Origin: Bdellovibrionales bacterium
GTDB lineage: Bacteria; Bdellovibrionota; Bdellovibrionia; Bdellovibrionales; CAYMLA01
Assembly: GCA_965217115.1 (NCBI GenBank)
Contig: OZ244239.1
Coordinates: 256,001 to 320,000, forward strand
Direction: 5' to 3'
DNA: 64,000 nt
Part shown: piece after piece, positions 20,837 to 31,307 of the stretch
How positions within the stretch are numbered: position 1 is the first letter of the stretch
How the letters are laid out: every line of letters starts with the position of its first letter
The notes under the pieces: model-generated
What the model saw: only the letters and a program-made list of their open reading frames with translations
Databases searched by the model: none
Told to the model about the DNA's origin: nothing
Translations under genes and position numbers: made by a program

Positions 20837-20874
20837 TCACACTGGCGATATTGTTTAATTTATGGAGTCTTTAT

Positions 20875-21420
20875 ATGGATTTAGCCTTTAAACCACGACT
20901 GGATAGCTCAGTGAAATGGACGCCGCTCCCCCAGGAATTCGTAGGGCAAATCCAGGAGATCTTTGAAGAGAATTTTCAGGACAGTTTCGCTCAAAACCAC
21001 TTCATTGTACAAGGGCAGGTCTATCCCCAGGAGATTCTCCTGAGAATTGGCCACATTGCTAAGAGCAGCATAAGGCAAAAGAACTTTGAGGCTTCCATTG
21101 AGTACAATCAAAAGACAGATGACCTCAAGGAGTGTATCTATATTGCTGTTGATCTTATCGCCTCGCTTATGACCGATTACCTAAAGATAGAAAATCTTGA
21201 AGAAGACTCTGATAAGAGCTTCTACTTTCCCCTTGAGTGGAAAGAACACAGAGTAGAGAAAAAGGTCATTTATCTTAAATCCTCTTCCGTAAATACAGAA
21301 CTTGAAGCCAAAGCGGATCAATTATTGGGGAGTTATGCAACAGAAGAGCTTGTTACAGAAATCGACACTGCTACAGATGCTCTCGATCATTCCTTCCCAG
21401 ACCCAGAACTCTGTCATTAA
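20875..21420 (+). CDS. Hypothetical protein
   Basis: Long acidic ORF. ATG 20875 preceded by GGAG. Confidence 0.7.
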   Translation: MDLAFKPRLDSSVKWTPLPQEFVGQIQEIFEENFQDSFAQNHFIVQGQVYPQEILLRIGHIAKSSIRQKNFEASIEYNQKTDDLKECIYIAVDLIASLMTDYLKIENLEEDSDKSFYFPLEWKEHRVEKKVIYLKSSSVNTELEAKADQLLGSYATEELVTEIDTATDALDHSFPDPELCH

Positions 21421-21436
21421 TTAAAGTCGATCTCAA

Positions 21437-22033
21437 TCATCCTTGTCTCTTTAAAGACCGTCTTTTCCATAGCCAAACTAAAACTATAATTAACCCTAGA
21501 ATAAAAATCGCTTTCTGGGTTCTCTTTATATAATCAATTATCATCTCGCCATAAATATAATAGAGACTAAAATAACTCACCGTCGATACCGTGCAAGCTA
21601 TCAAATCACAAAAAGCAAAACGCTTAAATTCCATTTTACCTAAGCCAGCCGTTAGAAACAGACCATTACGCACTCCAAAGGGTATGAAGCGACCCAGTAA
21701 TAAGGTGACGACCCCATATTGTTCATAGAAATGAGATATCCTGCTCACCTTATCTCGCGAGATCATGTTAGCAAAGAGGCGAAAATTCCATAATTTTGGC
21801 CCCATATGTCTACCCAACTGATAGCATATTAAATCTGATAGGTAAGCTCCGAGAAAAACACTGATAAATAGCTGGCTCAGGAGTTCTGGATTCTGAACTG
21901 CCAGGGTTGCTGACACAAAAAGCATTAAGTCTTCAGATACAGGTATGTTAAATCCAGCAAGCAGAAGAAGAAAAAAAATAATGTACGGTGCCCACAAAAT
22001 GTGACTCTGTATAAAATTTAAAATAAGATCCAT
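21437..22033 (-). CDS. DedA family membrane protein
   Basis: GFNIPVSED, SDLICYQLG, GRFIPFGVR. Confidence 0.9.
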   Translation of the reverse strand: MDLILNFIQSHILWAPYIIFFLLLLAGFNIPVSEDLMLFVSATLAVQNPELLSQLFISVFLGAYLSDLICYQLGRHMGPKLWNFRLFANMISRDKVSRISHFYEQYGVVTLLLGRFIPFGVRNGLFLTAGLGKMEFKRFAFCDLIACTVSTVSYFSLYYIYGEMIIDYIKRTQKAIFILGLIIVLVWLWKRRSLKRQG

Positions 22034-22034
22034 T

Positions 22035-23249
22035 CTACTCTTTACCCTTACTTCTCTGTCTCTGTTTATCTATAGGATCTAAAACCACTTCCTTTTGTTT
22101 ACGTATAGCCTTATCTATCTTCGTAATTAAACCTATATCCGAAGGAGTTACAAAGTTAATCACTTTTCCTGATCGGCCAATTCGTGCCGTGCGGCCAGTG
22201 CGGTGAAGATAATCGTCAGTTCTTAGGGGTAGATCAAAATTTAACACCCAACTAATATTCTCAATATCTATGCCTCGTGCGGCAACATCTGTCGCAAACA
22301 AAACTCGGTAGGTTTTAGATATGAACTTTTGCATGTCAGATTTTCTCTCCAATGCAGTCCTTTCACCATGAATCAGACCAACACCCACAGAACATTTTTT
22401 ATTCTGCAAATAGAGATACGATTTCTCTAACCATGACTTCGTATTAAAAAATACAATTCCTTGGGTCTCCTTATGCTCATCCAAGAACTCCCTTAAAGCA
22501 GCCATTTTGTGTTTAGAATCCATCTCTATGTTGGAAGTTTGCACTTTATTAACAATCTTGTGGGCTCCATCAATCATGATCTTTTCAAACGATGTCTCAG
22601 TAAAAATCTCATTCACCTTCTCTTCAAGATCAGAGGGAAACGTTGCACAAAACAACCCCACCTGTAAAGATTTCGTCTTCATCTTTCTATAAAGCCTCCC
22701 AATAGAAAGATTAAATCCCATGTCCATCAAAAGATCGACTTCATCTAAAACTAGTACCTGCACATCCTCAAGATGAATCTTTCCCCTCTGGATTTGCTCT
22801 TCAATTTTTTCAGGGCTCCCGATAAGAATTTCAAAACAAGACTGTTCTAGAGGGATATCTCGACCTCTCTTATCCCCACCAACTATAAGCTTCACCCTTA
22901 AACGTATGTGATGGCAGATAGACTTTATCACTTTAGATAACTGAACTGATAATTCACGGGTCGGAGCTAAAATAACAACCTTGGGTCGCCCTGGACGAGT
23001 CTCCACTCCATTTTTCTCTTCCTCTGCCTTTGCTATTTCCAATATCGGCCACGCAAAGGAAAAAGTCTTGCCACTGCCTGTCTGAGCCACAACCAAAGGT
23101 GACTTTCCTTCTAGAAATACAGGAATAGTCGTTCTTTGAACATCCGTAGGCTCTTTAATGCCATTTTCACTTAAAAATGAAGACAGCTTTTTTGATAATC
23201 CCAACGCTTTTAAATCCATATTAATACCATCTATATTATTTACAGCCAC
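22035..23249 (-). CDS. DEAD/DEAH-box RNA helicase
   Basis: AQTGSGKT, PTREL, DEVD, CAT (motif III variant), TDVAARGID, HRTGRTAR. Confidence 0.93.
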   Translation of the reverse strand: MAVNNIDGINMDLKALGLSKKLSSFLSENGIKEPTDVQRTTIPVFLEGKSPLVVAQTGSGKTFSFAWPILEIAKAEEEKNGVETRPGRPKVVILAPTRELSVQLSKVIKSICHHIRLRVKLIVGGDKRGRDIPLEQSCFEILIGSPEKIEEQIQRGKIHLEDVQVLVLDEVDLLMDMGFNLSIGRLYRKMKTKSLQVGLFCATFPSDLEEKVNEIFTETSFEKIMIDGAHKIVNKVQTSNIEMDSKHKMAALREFLDEHKETQGIVFFNTKSWLEKSYLYLQNKKCSVGVGLIHGERTALERKSDMQKFISKTYRVLFATDVAARGIDIENISWVLNFDLPLRTDDYLHRTGRTARIGRSGKVINFVTPSDIGLITKIDKAIRKQKEVVLDPIDKQRQRSKGKE

Positions 23250-23272
23250 TTAAGTGTGTTTTACGCCATATC

Positions 23273-25030
23273 TTAGCTCGAAGCACTCGTGTACATATCA
23301 TAATAATGTCTTTTTTGGGCTAATAATTCTTTATGAGTTCCTCTTTCAGCGATTTCTCCACCCTTAATCAGCAATATCTGGTCACACTCCTCAATCGTCG
23401 AAAGACGATGGGCAATCACTATCACTGTTCTCCCCTGTAAAATCAAAGAAATAGCGTCTTGAACCAATTTCTCTGATTCAGGATCTACCGACGATGTCGC
23501 TTCATCCAAAATAATAATTTTAGGCCTCTTCACCAGCGCGCGGGCAAAAACAATGAGTTGCCTCTGACCATGGGAGAGATTCCCCCCCTGCTCCTTAACT
23601 TCAAATTCCCACTGCCCAGGAAGTTCTTCCACGATTTGATCCAAACCCACAACACAGGCAGCTGCCTTAATATCCTCTAAAGGAATAGACGAGTCACCCA
23701 TGCTAATATTAAAAGACAATGAACCCGTAAAAAGTGTTATCTCCTGAGGAACAATCGCGATCTCCCTGCGCAATAAAAATGGCTCTATCTCTTTAAGATT
23801 CTGCTTATCTAATAGGATATCCCCTTCATAACCATCATATAACTTAGACAAGAGTTTAATGATCGTCGATTTGCCACCTCCTGTTGGGCCTACAAGAGCA
23901 ATGGAACTTCCTTGGGGAACAGTAAAACTCACTCTCTTTAAGATATAGTTCATCTCTGATAGATCATAGCAGAAAGAGACATTATCAAACTCTACACAGC
24001 CCTTATCAAACTGTGGTTCTTTGTCTCCACTGATAAAATCCTTTATATCAAGAATACCAAAAATTCTTTCAATCGCAGTGAACACCCCTTGAATCATCGC
24101 CATCCGACTGCCTAAACTTTTTAGAGGCTCAAACAACGATTGCACATATTGAATAAAGGCAACGATAATTCCCAGGGACAGTCCACTGAATAATTCACTG
24201 GACACCCCAAACCATTTAAGTGACGTCCATAAGACTACACCAATAGCGATTGAGGAAATTCCTTCGATCACTGAGAACATAAGCGCATCCACATTCACAC
24301 TACCTATTTGCGCCTTTCGCGCTTCTTCATTCAATGAAAAGTATCTCCTCTGAGACTCTTCTTGGGCGTTAAGAACCTTTAGCGTATTAGAACCTTGCAT
24401 GCACTCTTGCACATAAGCGTTTGCAGCCGCGACTTTTTTCCTTGCTCTTAACATCGCCTTTTTTAATTTCTGCGAAAAAAAGTTTATAGCCCAAATTCCT
24501 ATGAGCAACATAGATAACACAACAAGAGAGAGCTTAATATTCAGGGCAAACATTCCAAGCAAGCACCCCAATAGAACGGCGATATCCACAATGGCACTTA
24601 GAATACCCTGGTCAAGTGATGCACTCAAATTATCAAAATCACCCGTTGTTCTTGTCGCTAATGCCCCACTTAGGGTCTTATCATGGTAAGCGGCCTTCAA
24701 ACGTAAAATATGTTGAGCCAAGGCATTGCGAAGATGCATAATCATTCTATTCACAGCAACAGCCGCCATAATGGCCTGTCCTGTACGCAATAAATAGTTC
24801 AAGGTAACTAAGAGAAAATACATCGCTCCAACCCAATAGAGGGTCTCCGTTTCACCTAAAATAATTCCATCATCAATCCCTCTCTTGAATAGATAAGGGA
24901 TTAGAGCATTCACCAGAGCAATAAAAGGGACAAGAAACAGACTGAAATAAATATATCTCTTGTTCTCCGTAAAATAAGGCCATAGACGTTTCAAGCTCAA
25001 TAGATCTTCACGAATTCCTTTATATTTCAT
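23273..25030 (-). CDS. ABC exporter, TMD-NBD half (MdlB/YheH-like)
   Basis: Multiple TM helices, GPTGGGKS, signature LSHGQ, ILDEATSSVD, IAHR. Confidence 0.92.
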   Translation of the reverse strand: MKYKGIREDLLSLKRLWPYFTENKRYIYFSLFLVPFIALVNALIPYLFKRGIDDGIILGETETLYWVGAMYFLLVTLNYLLRTGQAIMAAVAVNRMIMHLRNALAQHILRLKAAYHDKTLSGALATRTTGDFDNLSASLDQGILSAIVDIAVLLGCLLGMFALNIKLSLVVLSMLLIGIWAINFFSQKLKKAMLRARKKVAAANAYVQECMQGSNTLKVLNAQEESQRRYFSLNEEARKAQIGSVNVDALMFSVIEGISSIAIGVVLWTSLKWFGVSSELFSGLSLGIIVAFIQYVQSLFEPLKSLGSRMAMIQGVFTAIERIFGILDIKDFISGDKEPQFDKGCVEFDNVSFCYDLSEMNYILKRVSFTVPQGSSIALVGPTGGGKSTIIKLLSKLYDGYEGDILLDKQNLKEIEPFLLRREIAIVPQEITLFTGSLSFNISMGDSSIPLEDIKAAACVVGLDQIVEELPGQWEFEVKEQGGNLSHGQRQLIVFARALVKRPKIIILDEATSSVDPESEKLVQDAISLILQGRTVIVIAHRLSTIEECDQILLIKGGEIAERGTHKELLAQKRHYYDMYTSASS

Positions 25031-26742
25031 AGACCTTCTCTGCCTCTTCCTGATTTTATCCCAGGAAATTTCTCTGCCATCTTAGAGTAGGAACCAGAGT
25101 CTAAGATCACTCCCTGTTCTAAAACAATGACTCTATCGACTTTTTCGAGTATAGAAGATCTATGGGATGAAATGAGCACAGCCTGTTTATCTGAAAAAAT
25201 CGTCTCAATAAGTTTTTTCTCTGTCGATTGATCCACTGCTGATAAAACATCATCTAATATAATCAATGGTGTTCCACGCAAGAGAGTTCTCGCCAAAGAG
25301 AGTCTCTGTTTCTGACCCCCTGATAAACGCACCCCTTTCTCTCCGACCTGAGTTTCCCAGCCATCGGCAAAGGCTTCAATATCGTCATAAATCATGGCCT
25401 TTTTAGCTGCGTCTCTAATAGACTCACGACCTAGCCCTTCTGCACCTAAACCGATATTCTTCTCCACCGAATTAGAAAAGACGTAAGCTGTTTGCAAGGC
25501 ATAACCAATTTCTTGACGATAGGATTTAATATCAAGATGAAAAATGTCCCCACCATTCCAAAATATAGCCCCCTCAGGAGGCTGGTGGAGTTTATTAATT
25601 AAATGAAAAAGGGTGGTTTTACCTGAGCCAATTTTTCCCCAAATAGCGACTTTCTCTCCATGGTTAACATCAAAGGAGATGTTTTTTAAAGAGAAGGCAT
25701 CGTCTTCAGAAAAACGATGGGATAGATTTTTTATTGATAATAGAGGCTGACTCTTATTGTAAGAATTCCTTTCCAAGTCTCCAGACTCACATTCTTCATC
25801 AAAAATTTCATCAATCCTCTCAAGTGCAGCTAATGCTTGTTGATAGATAGAGATTAAAATACCAATCGCTGTTAATGGAAATACGAGTATTCCAATATAT
25901 ATACTAAAGGCTAGTATATCTCCCACAGTGAATCGACCATTAATAACTTCGTATCCACCATAAAGGAGAACAGCTAATTTAGAAATTCCTGTGGAAAGTG
26001 CCATTAAAGGGAACAACACTGTTTGTATCTTAATGAGTTTAATATTTGAATTGTAAACATTAAAAGTCTTCTCACGAATTTTTTTTAAAAATCCCTCATT
26101 AGCACTATTAGACTGAATAACATGGATATTACTGTAAGCCTCAGTCACTAGATTTGTTAAATCCCCTAAAGCCTCTTGGTTGTGTTTTGAGCATTTGTGT
26201 ATTTGTGGCATAAGCAATCTCGCCACAAAGATCATCAAACCCATGGGCAAAAGACATAGGAAAGTCAATAATCCGTGGACCTCGATCATTTTACTCAAAA
26301 TGAATACTAATAAAAAGATCACATTCAAAAGTTGTAACATACCAAAAGCGACCATCACTCTTAAGTGATTCACGTCATTTGCTATGCGAGAGACAACACC
26401 ACCCAAACCATGGGTTAAATAAAACTGATAGGGCAAGTAAATAAGTTTTGTAAAGAGGTCATTCTTAATCTCCGCCTCTATTTTTCTTCCTGGCCAAAAG
26501 AACAACATCCGTGACAGAGAGCGAATGATTACTTGTATCGCCCCTAATAGTACGATGAACAGAGCCAGCGAAGCAAGCCCCTCTACATCCATGCTCACAG
26601 AGAACGAATTTACGATTTCCCTGGCACTCTCAGGAATTTCTAATGCGACATAAGTCGTTAAGCCAAGGGTTATTAAACCACCCAGATACCATCGCCAGAG
26701 AGGACGTATATAATGCAATAGAAAACCAAAAAGCTTAGCCAT
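25027..26742 (-). CDS. ABC exporter, TMD-NBD half (MdlA/YheI-like)
   Basis: TM domain, GKIGSGKT, LSGGQ, ILDDVLSAVD (catalytic Glu replaced by Asp). Overlaps its partner gene by 4 nt. Confidence 0.92.
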   Translation of the reverse strand: MAKLFGFLLHYIRPLWRWYLGGLITLGLTTYVALEIPESAREIVNSFSVSMDVEGLASLALFIVLLGAIQVIIRSLSRMLFFWPGRKIEAEIKNDLFTKLIYLPYQFYLTHGLGGVVSRIANDVNHLRVMVAFGMLQLLNVIFLLVFILSKMIEVHGLLTFLCLLPMGLMIFVARLLMPQIHKCSKHNQEALGDLTNLVTEAYSNIHVIQSNSANEGFLKKIREKTFNVYNSNIKLIKIQTVLFPLMALSTGISKLAVLLYGGYEVINGRFTVGDILAFSIYIGILVFPLTAIGILISIYQQALAALERIDEIFDEECESGDLERNSYNKSQPLLSIKNLSHRFSEDDAFSLKNISFDVNHGEKVAIWGKIGSGKTTLFHLINKLHQPPEGAIFWNGGDIFHLDIKSYRQEIGYALQTAYVFSNSVEKNIGLGAEGLGRESIRDAAKKAMIYDDIEAFADGWETQVGEKGVRLSGGQKQRLSLARTLLRGTPLIILDDVLSAVDQSTEKKLIETIFSDKQAVLISSHRSSILEKVDRVIVLEQGVILDSGSYSKMAEKFPGIKSGRGREGL

Positions 26743-26756
26743 AAGAAGGCATCAGA

Positions 26757-27314
26757 CTAATCTGTATACTCCTTGAATGCAAAGGTCCCCATCTCTCTAT
26801 TTTTTATAACATGGGGTGCCTCAAACAAGCGTCCATGGAAAGAGATATAAATCCCTGGCATGGCTAAATAAGAAGCCATTATGGCTTCCACAAAATTCTG
26901 TGTTGCATCCGAATCGTCAAAGCCGAGGGGTCTCATGGCCCCCGTAAAAATGACCGGAACCCACAACTTATCGTGCTTGATTCCCTTCCAGATGTAACGA
27001 GCCGTTATCTCCATCGTATCAGTTCCATGGAGTATGATAATAGGCTTGCCCTCCCCTAAAACTTCTTTCACACTCACGAGAATTTTCTCTCGATCTTCAT
27101 CGCACATCTCAAGAGAATCCAGGGAGAGAATTTCCCTGATATCAACCTTATTATAGGGAAGACGCATTTTTCCTAGAATTTTATTTTTTATAATGGATTC
27201 ACGATTAGACAAACTCCCATCAAATTCATCATAACTTTTCTCTATAGTTCCACCAGTTGTAAAAACGATGATATCTCTTCGTAGGTTGTCTACCTTTTGT
27301 CCGTTCATTAACAT
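26757..27314 (-). CDS. Short asparaginase-family protein (N-terminal domain only)
   Basis: TTGGTIEK, HGTDTM, FTGAMRP, SDATQNF. 185 aa. Confidence 0.88.
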   Translation of the reverse strand: MLMNGQKVDNLRRDIIVFTTGGTIEKSYDEFDGSLSNRESIIKNKILGKMRLPYNKVDIREILSLDSLEMCDEDREKILVSVKEVLGEGKPIIILHGTDTMEITARYIWKGIKHDKLWVPVIFTGAMRPLGFDDSDATQNFVEAIMASYLAMPGIYISFHGRLFEAPHVIKNREMGTFAFKEYTD

Positions 27315-27315
27315 T

Positions 27316-28275
27316 TTAGTTAACCATCTCTTTTTTTAGTAACCACTGGTGAACTGTTTGCAATAATTTAAGAGTCAACCCCCGGCGCTTTAGCTTCACG
27401 TGGCGACCTTCCAGCCAAACCGTCTCTTTGGGCTCAGGCGTCAACTCCTGTTGCCTTTCCATACTTATCTTAGGAAAGAGTTCTTCCTCTCTCCCATAAA
27501 TAAGAAGAAAATCCCCCTTTAACTGAGGGAGGTGCAATCCTGGTTCTAAGCTGCTAAAAGCTTGACTCACTTCATTAGCAGCGATTTTCGCCAGAATATG
27601 AAGCTCTTTGGCTCCTAAAAAAGGGAACTCTTTCCTTCCCTTTTCTTTAAAATACTTATAAGCCAACTCCCCTATCTCAACTCCACCATAACCCAGAGTC
27701 ATCGTCACAAATGGTCGATCAAAGTAACTCGATAGCCTCTGTCCTAAAGGAGAAAAAAGCGTTCCAAGACTCACCGAGACTAAATTCAATCGCGAAGTAT
27801 CAACAAAATCCTGGGCGTAAAGCCATTTCGTAATAGATGTAATTTGACCCGGTATTTTTTCTATTGATTCAAGAATACCCCATTTCAACCATTCATGGAT
27901 TTTCTCAATGTCCAGAGAAACAGGAATCGGGTAATCATAAGTTATAACAATGTTTCTTCCAAAGAGATCTGCTAGTTTAATGGTTTCCTTGGCTGTATCA
28001 AAACCTGCCATAAGGAATATCACAGGAAGTTTCTCTCCCTGCTTTATATCACTGGGAACTTGCATATAAATTTTTATCTCACCCACTGTCTTTTGATATA
28101 AAGTGAGTTCTCTAATAGAGCTTCTATTGCCGTGCTCTCTATGGTCTTTGCGAATGGAAACACTCCAATCACGATAGCCAATCTCAGCAATCACTTTGCT
28201 AATATCAGTCGACCATATTGCTTGAACAGACAAAGTCCCTAGAAACAAAACAATCATTGGCTTAAATGACGGCAT
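27316..28275 (-). CDS. Secreted alpha/beta-hydrolase fold protein
   Basis: Signal-like N-terminus, LPVIFLMAG, nucleophile elbow VSVSLG, YGREEELFP, EGRHV. Confidence 0.7.
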   Translation of the reverse strand: MPSFKPMIVLFLGTLSVQAIWSTDISKVIAEIGYRDWSVSIRKDHREHGNRSSIRELTLYQKTVGEIKIYMQVPSDIKQGEKLPVIFLMAGFDTAKETIKLADLFGRNIVITYDYPIPVSLDIEKIHEWLKWGILESIEKIPGQITSITKWLYAQDFVDTSRLNLVSVSLGTLFSPLGQRLSSYFDRPFVTMTLGYGGVEIGELAYKYFKEKGRKEFPFLGAKELHILAKIAANEVSQAFSSLEPGLHLPQLKGDFLLIYGREEELFPKISMERQQELTPEPKETVWLEGRHVKLKRRGLTLKLLQTVHQWLLKKEMVN

Positions 28276-28514
28276 AAAATCTCCCCTATTGGACGGAGAA
28301 GGATACTAACAAATAGATGTTTTTTGGACAAAAACTAAGGGTTTTGCACTTTTTACAAGTGGCAGATTAGCTCATAATGAGACACCCACGGCAATTACTT
28401 GTGAGAACGGAAATAAAGAGTTCTGCCCGTCAGGAGCAAGTTAAGCCTATGTCAGCTTAGCTGAAAATGGATTAGATCACCTTTAAAGAAATTAAATACA
28501 CTTTGTTTATAAAC

Positions 28515-28543
28515 TTGACATAATTGCGCCTTGCAAATATTTA
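28515..28543 (+). promoter_or_regulatory. Putative sigma70 promoter of the MotB/MotA/FHA operon
   Basis: TTGACA-N17-TATTTA. Confidence 0.4.
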
Positions 28544-28630
28544 AGAACTTCACTTAAAAATCCGAGGCGATTAAAAGGAAGGAAAGCCTTCTTTTAATAA
28601 ACCTTAGGACCTTTAGCTAGGATGTATTAA

Positions 28631-30319
28631 GTGAGCTTTAATTACGACAAGTCAAAGGAGAGTGCAGATCAAGCGACCCAGTGGTCTTCTTACAGTGATT
28701 TATTTATGGCTCTCTCTGTTATTTTTCTTCTCATGTATGTCACTTCAAGTGTTCGTGAAGGCGCCACCAATATTCAGAAATTTTCTCAATATCAAGAATT
28801 AGTTCAGGAGGCTGATGATCTTCGCGAACAAAACCGTGTCTACGATGCTCTCAAAGATGACTACATACGAAAACAAGCCACTGAAAAAGAAACAGCAACA
28901 TACAAAGAGCTCATGAGCAAACTCAACCTCCTACAAGAAAAAAATAAGAATGAGGCCGGCGAGCTACAAAAACAAGCAAATGACAACCGCGACAAGGCCA
29001 AAGCCCTCAACAAATACCAGCAAGTTATTCGAAATATCATCAACAGTAGCTATGTTGCTCGGGCTCGTATAAACCAACGTGATAAAAAAATTGACACTCA
29101 AAAAGAGGTCATCACTCAGAAAGAAAATCTCATTGAAAAACGTATTTCAGATATACGTAAACTAGAAGAGACTGTTAAGTCTAAGAAACGCACTATAGCC
29201 AAAGGTAAATATCAGATTAAGAAGACTAAAACACAGCTTCGACGTAAGATCACGCAACTCAAGCGATCCTACAAAAATCAAAAAATTTCACGCACTAATA
29301 TGCGCAAGAAAATTGCATCCCTTGAAAAAAACACACGGAAGCAGCTCAGATCTTTAAAACAGAAAAACAACCAATCAAAAACTCAGCTAAAGCAAGCTAG
29401 TCGCAAAATAATCTCTGTTAACAATGCCCTTCTTCAAGCCAAATCCACAATTTACACACAGGGCTTAGAAAAAGAAAAGCTCGCTAAACAACTCACTCAG
29501 GAAGCGGAGAGGACACGGAAAAGAATTTCTAAAACAAAAAGAGAATTTCAAGCTCAACGCAAGCTTGATCGTAAACGCTTTAAGAAAGCTCTCTTAAAAG
29601 AGGCCCTTTCAAAAAAACAGATCGCTCAAAAAGAGAAGAGATTTCGACAACAAACTCAGAAAAAACAACTTCAGCTTAAACAGAAAGTCTCTAAGCTCAA
29701 GAGGAAAATGGATCTCACTCAGGGCCAACTCCAACGGGCCAAATCGCAAATTCAAGCACGCCAAAAACTGGCCCAACAGATTCTTCGTAATTTTAAGAAA
29801 ACAGGTGTCGCAGCACAGGTAAATCCACGCACAGGAGATGTGGTTCTGTCTTTTGGCAAGCAGTACTTTAAAACAGGTGGCTCCAAGTTAAACCCAGAAA
29901 TGGTCGCCCAACTTAAAAAATTCATGCCTATTTATGCAAAAAGCCTCTTTCAGAACTCCAAGATGTCCGAAAAAATCAGCAATATTGAAATCATTGGTTT
30001 CGCCTCACCTACTTATAATGGAAAATACATTGATCCCAATAGTTTGAAACCCAGTCATCAAAAGGCAGTTAGTTACAATCTAGACCTTAGTTTTAAACGT
30101 GCCAAGTCCATATTTAATTATATATTCGACATCAATAAGATGACATACAAATATCAAAAACACATTCGTCCAATGGTTAAGGTCACTGGTCGAAGCTTTT
30201 TAGCCGAAGGAGCCCAAGGACGTAATATCGCCAGCAGTTTAAAACAAAAAGAATACTGTAAAAAGTTTAATTGTAAGAAGTCTCAACGAGTTATCATTAA
30301 ATTTAATTTAAAAAATTAG
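28631..30319 (+). CDS. MotB/ZorB-like protein: N-terminal TM with conserved Asp, long Lys/Arg/Gln-rich coiled coil, C-terminal OmpA-like domain
   Basis: WSSYSDLFMALSVIFLLMYV. About 330 aa of coiled coil. YFKTGGSKL...IEIIGFAS...YNLDLSFKRAKSIF. Confidence 0.8.
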   Translation: MSFNYDKSKESADQATQWSSYSDLFMALSVIFLLMYVTSSVREGATNIQKFSQYQELVQEADDLREQNRVYDALKDDYIRKQATEKETATYKELMSKLNLLQEKNKNEAGELQKQANDNRDKAKALNKYQQVIRNIINSSYVARARINQRDKKIDTQKEVITQKENLIEKRISDIRKLEETVKSKKRTIAKGKYQIKKTKTQLRRKITQLKRSYKNQKISRTNMRKKIASLEKNTRKQLRSLKQKNNQSKTQLKQASRKIISVNNALLQAKSTIYTQGLEKEKLAKQLTQEAERTRKRISKTKREFQAQRKLDRKRFKKALLKEALSKKQIAQKEKRFRQQTQKKQLQLKQKVSKLKRKMDLTQGQLQRAKSQIQARQKLAQQILRNFKKTGVAAQVNPRTGDVVLSFGKQYFKTGGSKLNPEMVAQLKKFMPIYAKSLFQNSKMSEKISNIEIIGFASPTYNGKYIDPNSLKPSHQKAVSYNLDLSFKRAKSIFNYIFDINKMTYKYQKHIRPMVKVTGRSFLAEGAQGRNIASSLKQKEYCKKFNCKKSQRVIIKFNLKN

Positions 30320-30326
30320 GAGTTAA

Positions 30327-31298
30327 ATGATGTTTTCACAACAAATTATTCAAGGCATAATTGACAATCTAGTTCTCTTTGCTACAGATCTTCTCCTTCC
30401 ATTAATGCTCTTTAGCTTTGTGCTTGCGCTTATTGTTCGTGGATTGATCTATTACTCTATTTCACGCCATGCATGGTTTGCCCGTGAATTCGAGATGCGC
30501 GTGACGGATTTTCTTGAAACAGAAGATTACCATAAAGAGATCTCATTCTTCCCCACTGTTAAAAGAATTCTAGAGCGCACGTATTATGAAATTTTTGAAG
30601 TTCGCGCTATTATAAAACGACGTAATCCAGACTATATTATGTCCTTAGGTGACCGTGTTTTTCTTATTAATCAAGGTGTCGCTTGGCTTGTTCATGATAT
30701 TCAGAAGCAAGTCCGCCACTTCCGCCATGGAAAATCTGAGAACCCTCCTAAGATTTTACAGATGACAAAGAGTATATTCCAAAAAAATCCAGCCTTTAAT
30801 AGGATATTAGGCCTAGTCCCCGCTGCTCCAGTTAATAATATTCTCAACATTCTTCCTGGGGTTTTTGTCATTGCCGGTATCTTTGGGACTTTCCTAGGAA
30901 TTATGAAAGCCTTGCCCGAACTCGGTGGTATGGACCTCGCTAATGGAGAGCAATCAAAGATGGTCATGGATCAATTTCTTTTAAAGATCTCTTTTGCCAT
31001 GAGTACTTCTTTAATGGGTATCATGCTTTCAGTTTTCCTTAACTTCTATAACACTCTTCTCTCACCCGATAGGAAATTTATAGAAATTGTTGAACGCTTT
31101 GAAAATACGATGGATCTTCTTTGGAATCGATCAAGTAATAATTTACTTCCTGAGAATATCTCTAACTTTGATCAACATAGGGACCCCATTGATGCTCTTG
31201 CCGAGGATGCCATTCAGAGAGAGATCTCAAAAGAGAAAGCACTCTCAAAAAGCGTCTCTCGAATGTCGGAAAAGGTCAATCGAGACAAGGCATCTTAA
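30327..31298 (+). CDS. MotA/TolQ/ExbB (ZorA-like) ion-channel subunit
   Basis: Three TM segments, including LPGVFVIAGIFGTFLGIMKAL and ISFAMSTSLMGIMLS. Confidence 0.8.
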   Translation: MMFSQQIIQGIIDNLVLFATDLLLPLMLFSFVLALIVRGLIYYSISRHAWFAREFEMRVTDFLETEDYHKEISFFPTVKRILERTYYEIFEVRAIIKRRNPDYIMSLGDRVFLINQGVAWLVHDIQKQVRHFRHGKSENPPKILQMTKSIFQKNPAFNRILGLVPAAPVNNILNILPGVFVIAGIFGTFLGIMKALPELGGMDLANGEQSKMVMDQFLLKISFAMSTSLMGIMLSVFLNFYNTLLSPDRKFIEIVERFENTMDLLWNRSSNNLLPENISNFDQHRDPIDALAEDAIQREISKEKALSKSVSRMSEKVNRDKAS

Positions 31299-31307
31299 AG
31301 AAAAATT

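Noticed and set aside
23273..26742. Degenerate motifs (LDD, LSHGQ) as signs of pseudogenisation
   Set aside because: This is the normal asymmetry of heterodimeric ABC exporters.
26757..27314. Asparaginase as a truncated pseudogene
   Set aside because: Both catalytic Thr motifs are intact, gene spacing is tight, and short single-domain asparaginases are known.
28631..31298. Canonical Zorya defence system or flagellar motAB
   Set aside because: No zorC/D/E or flagellar genes are adjacent, the order is B then A, and the A subunit has no long tail.
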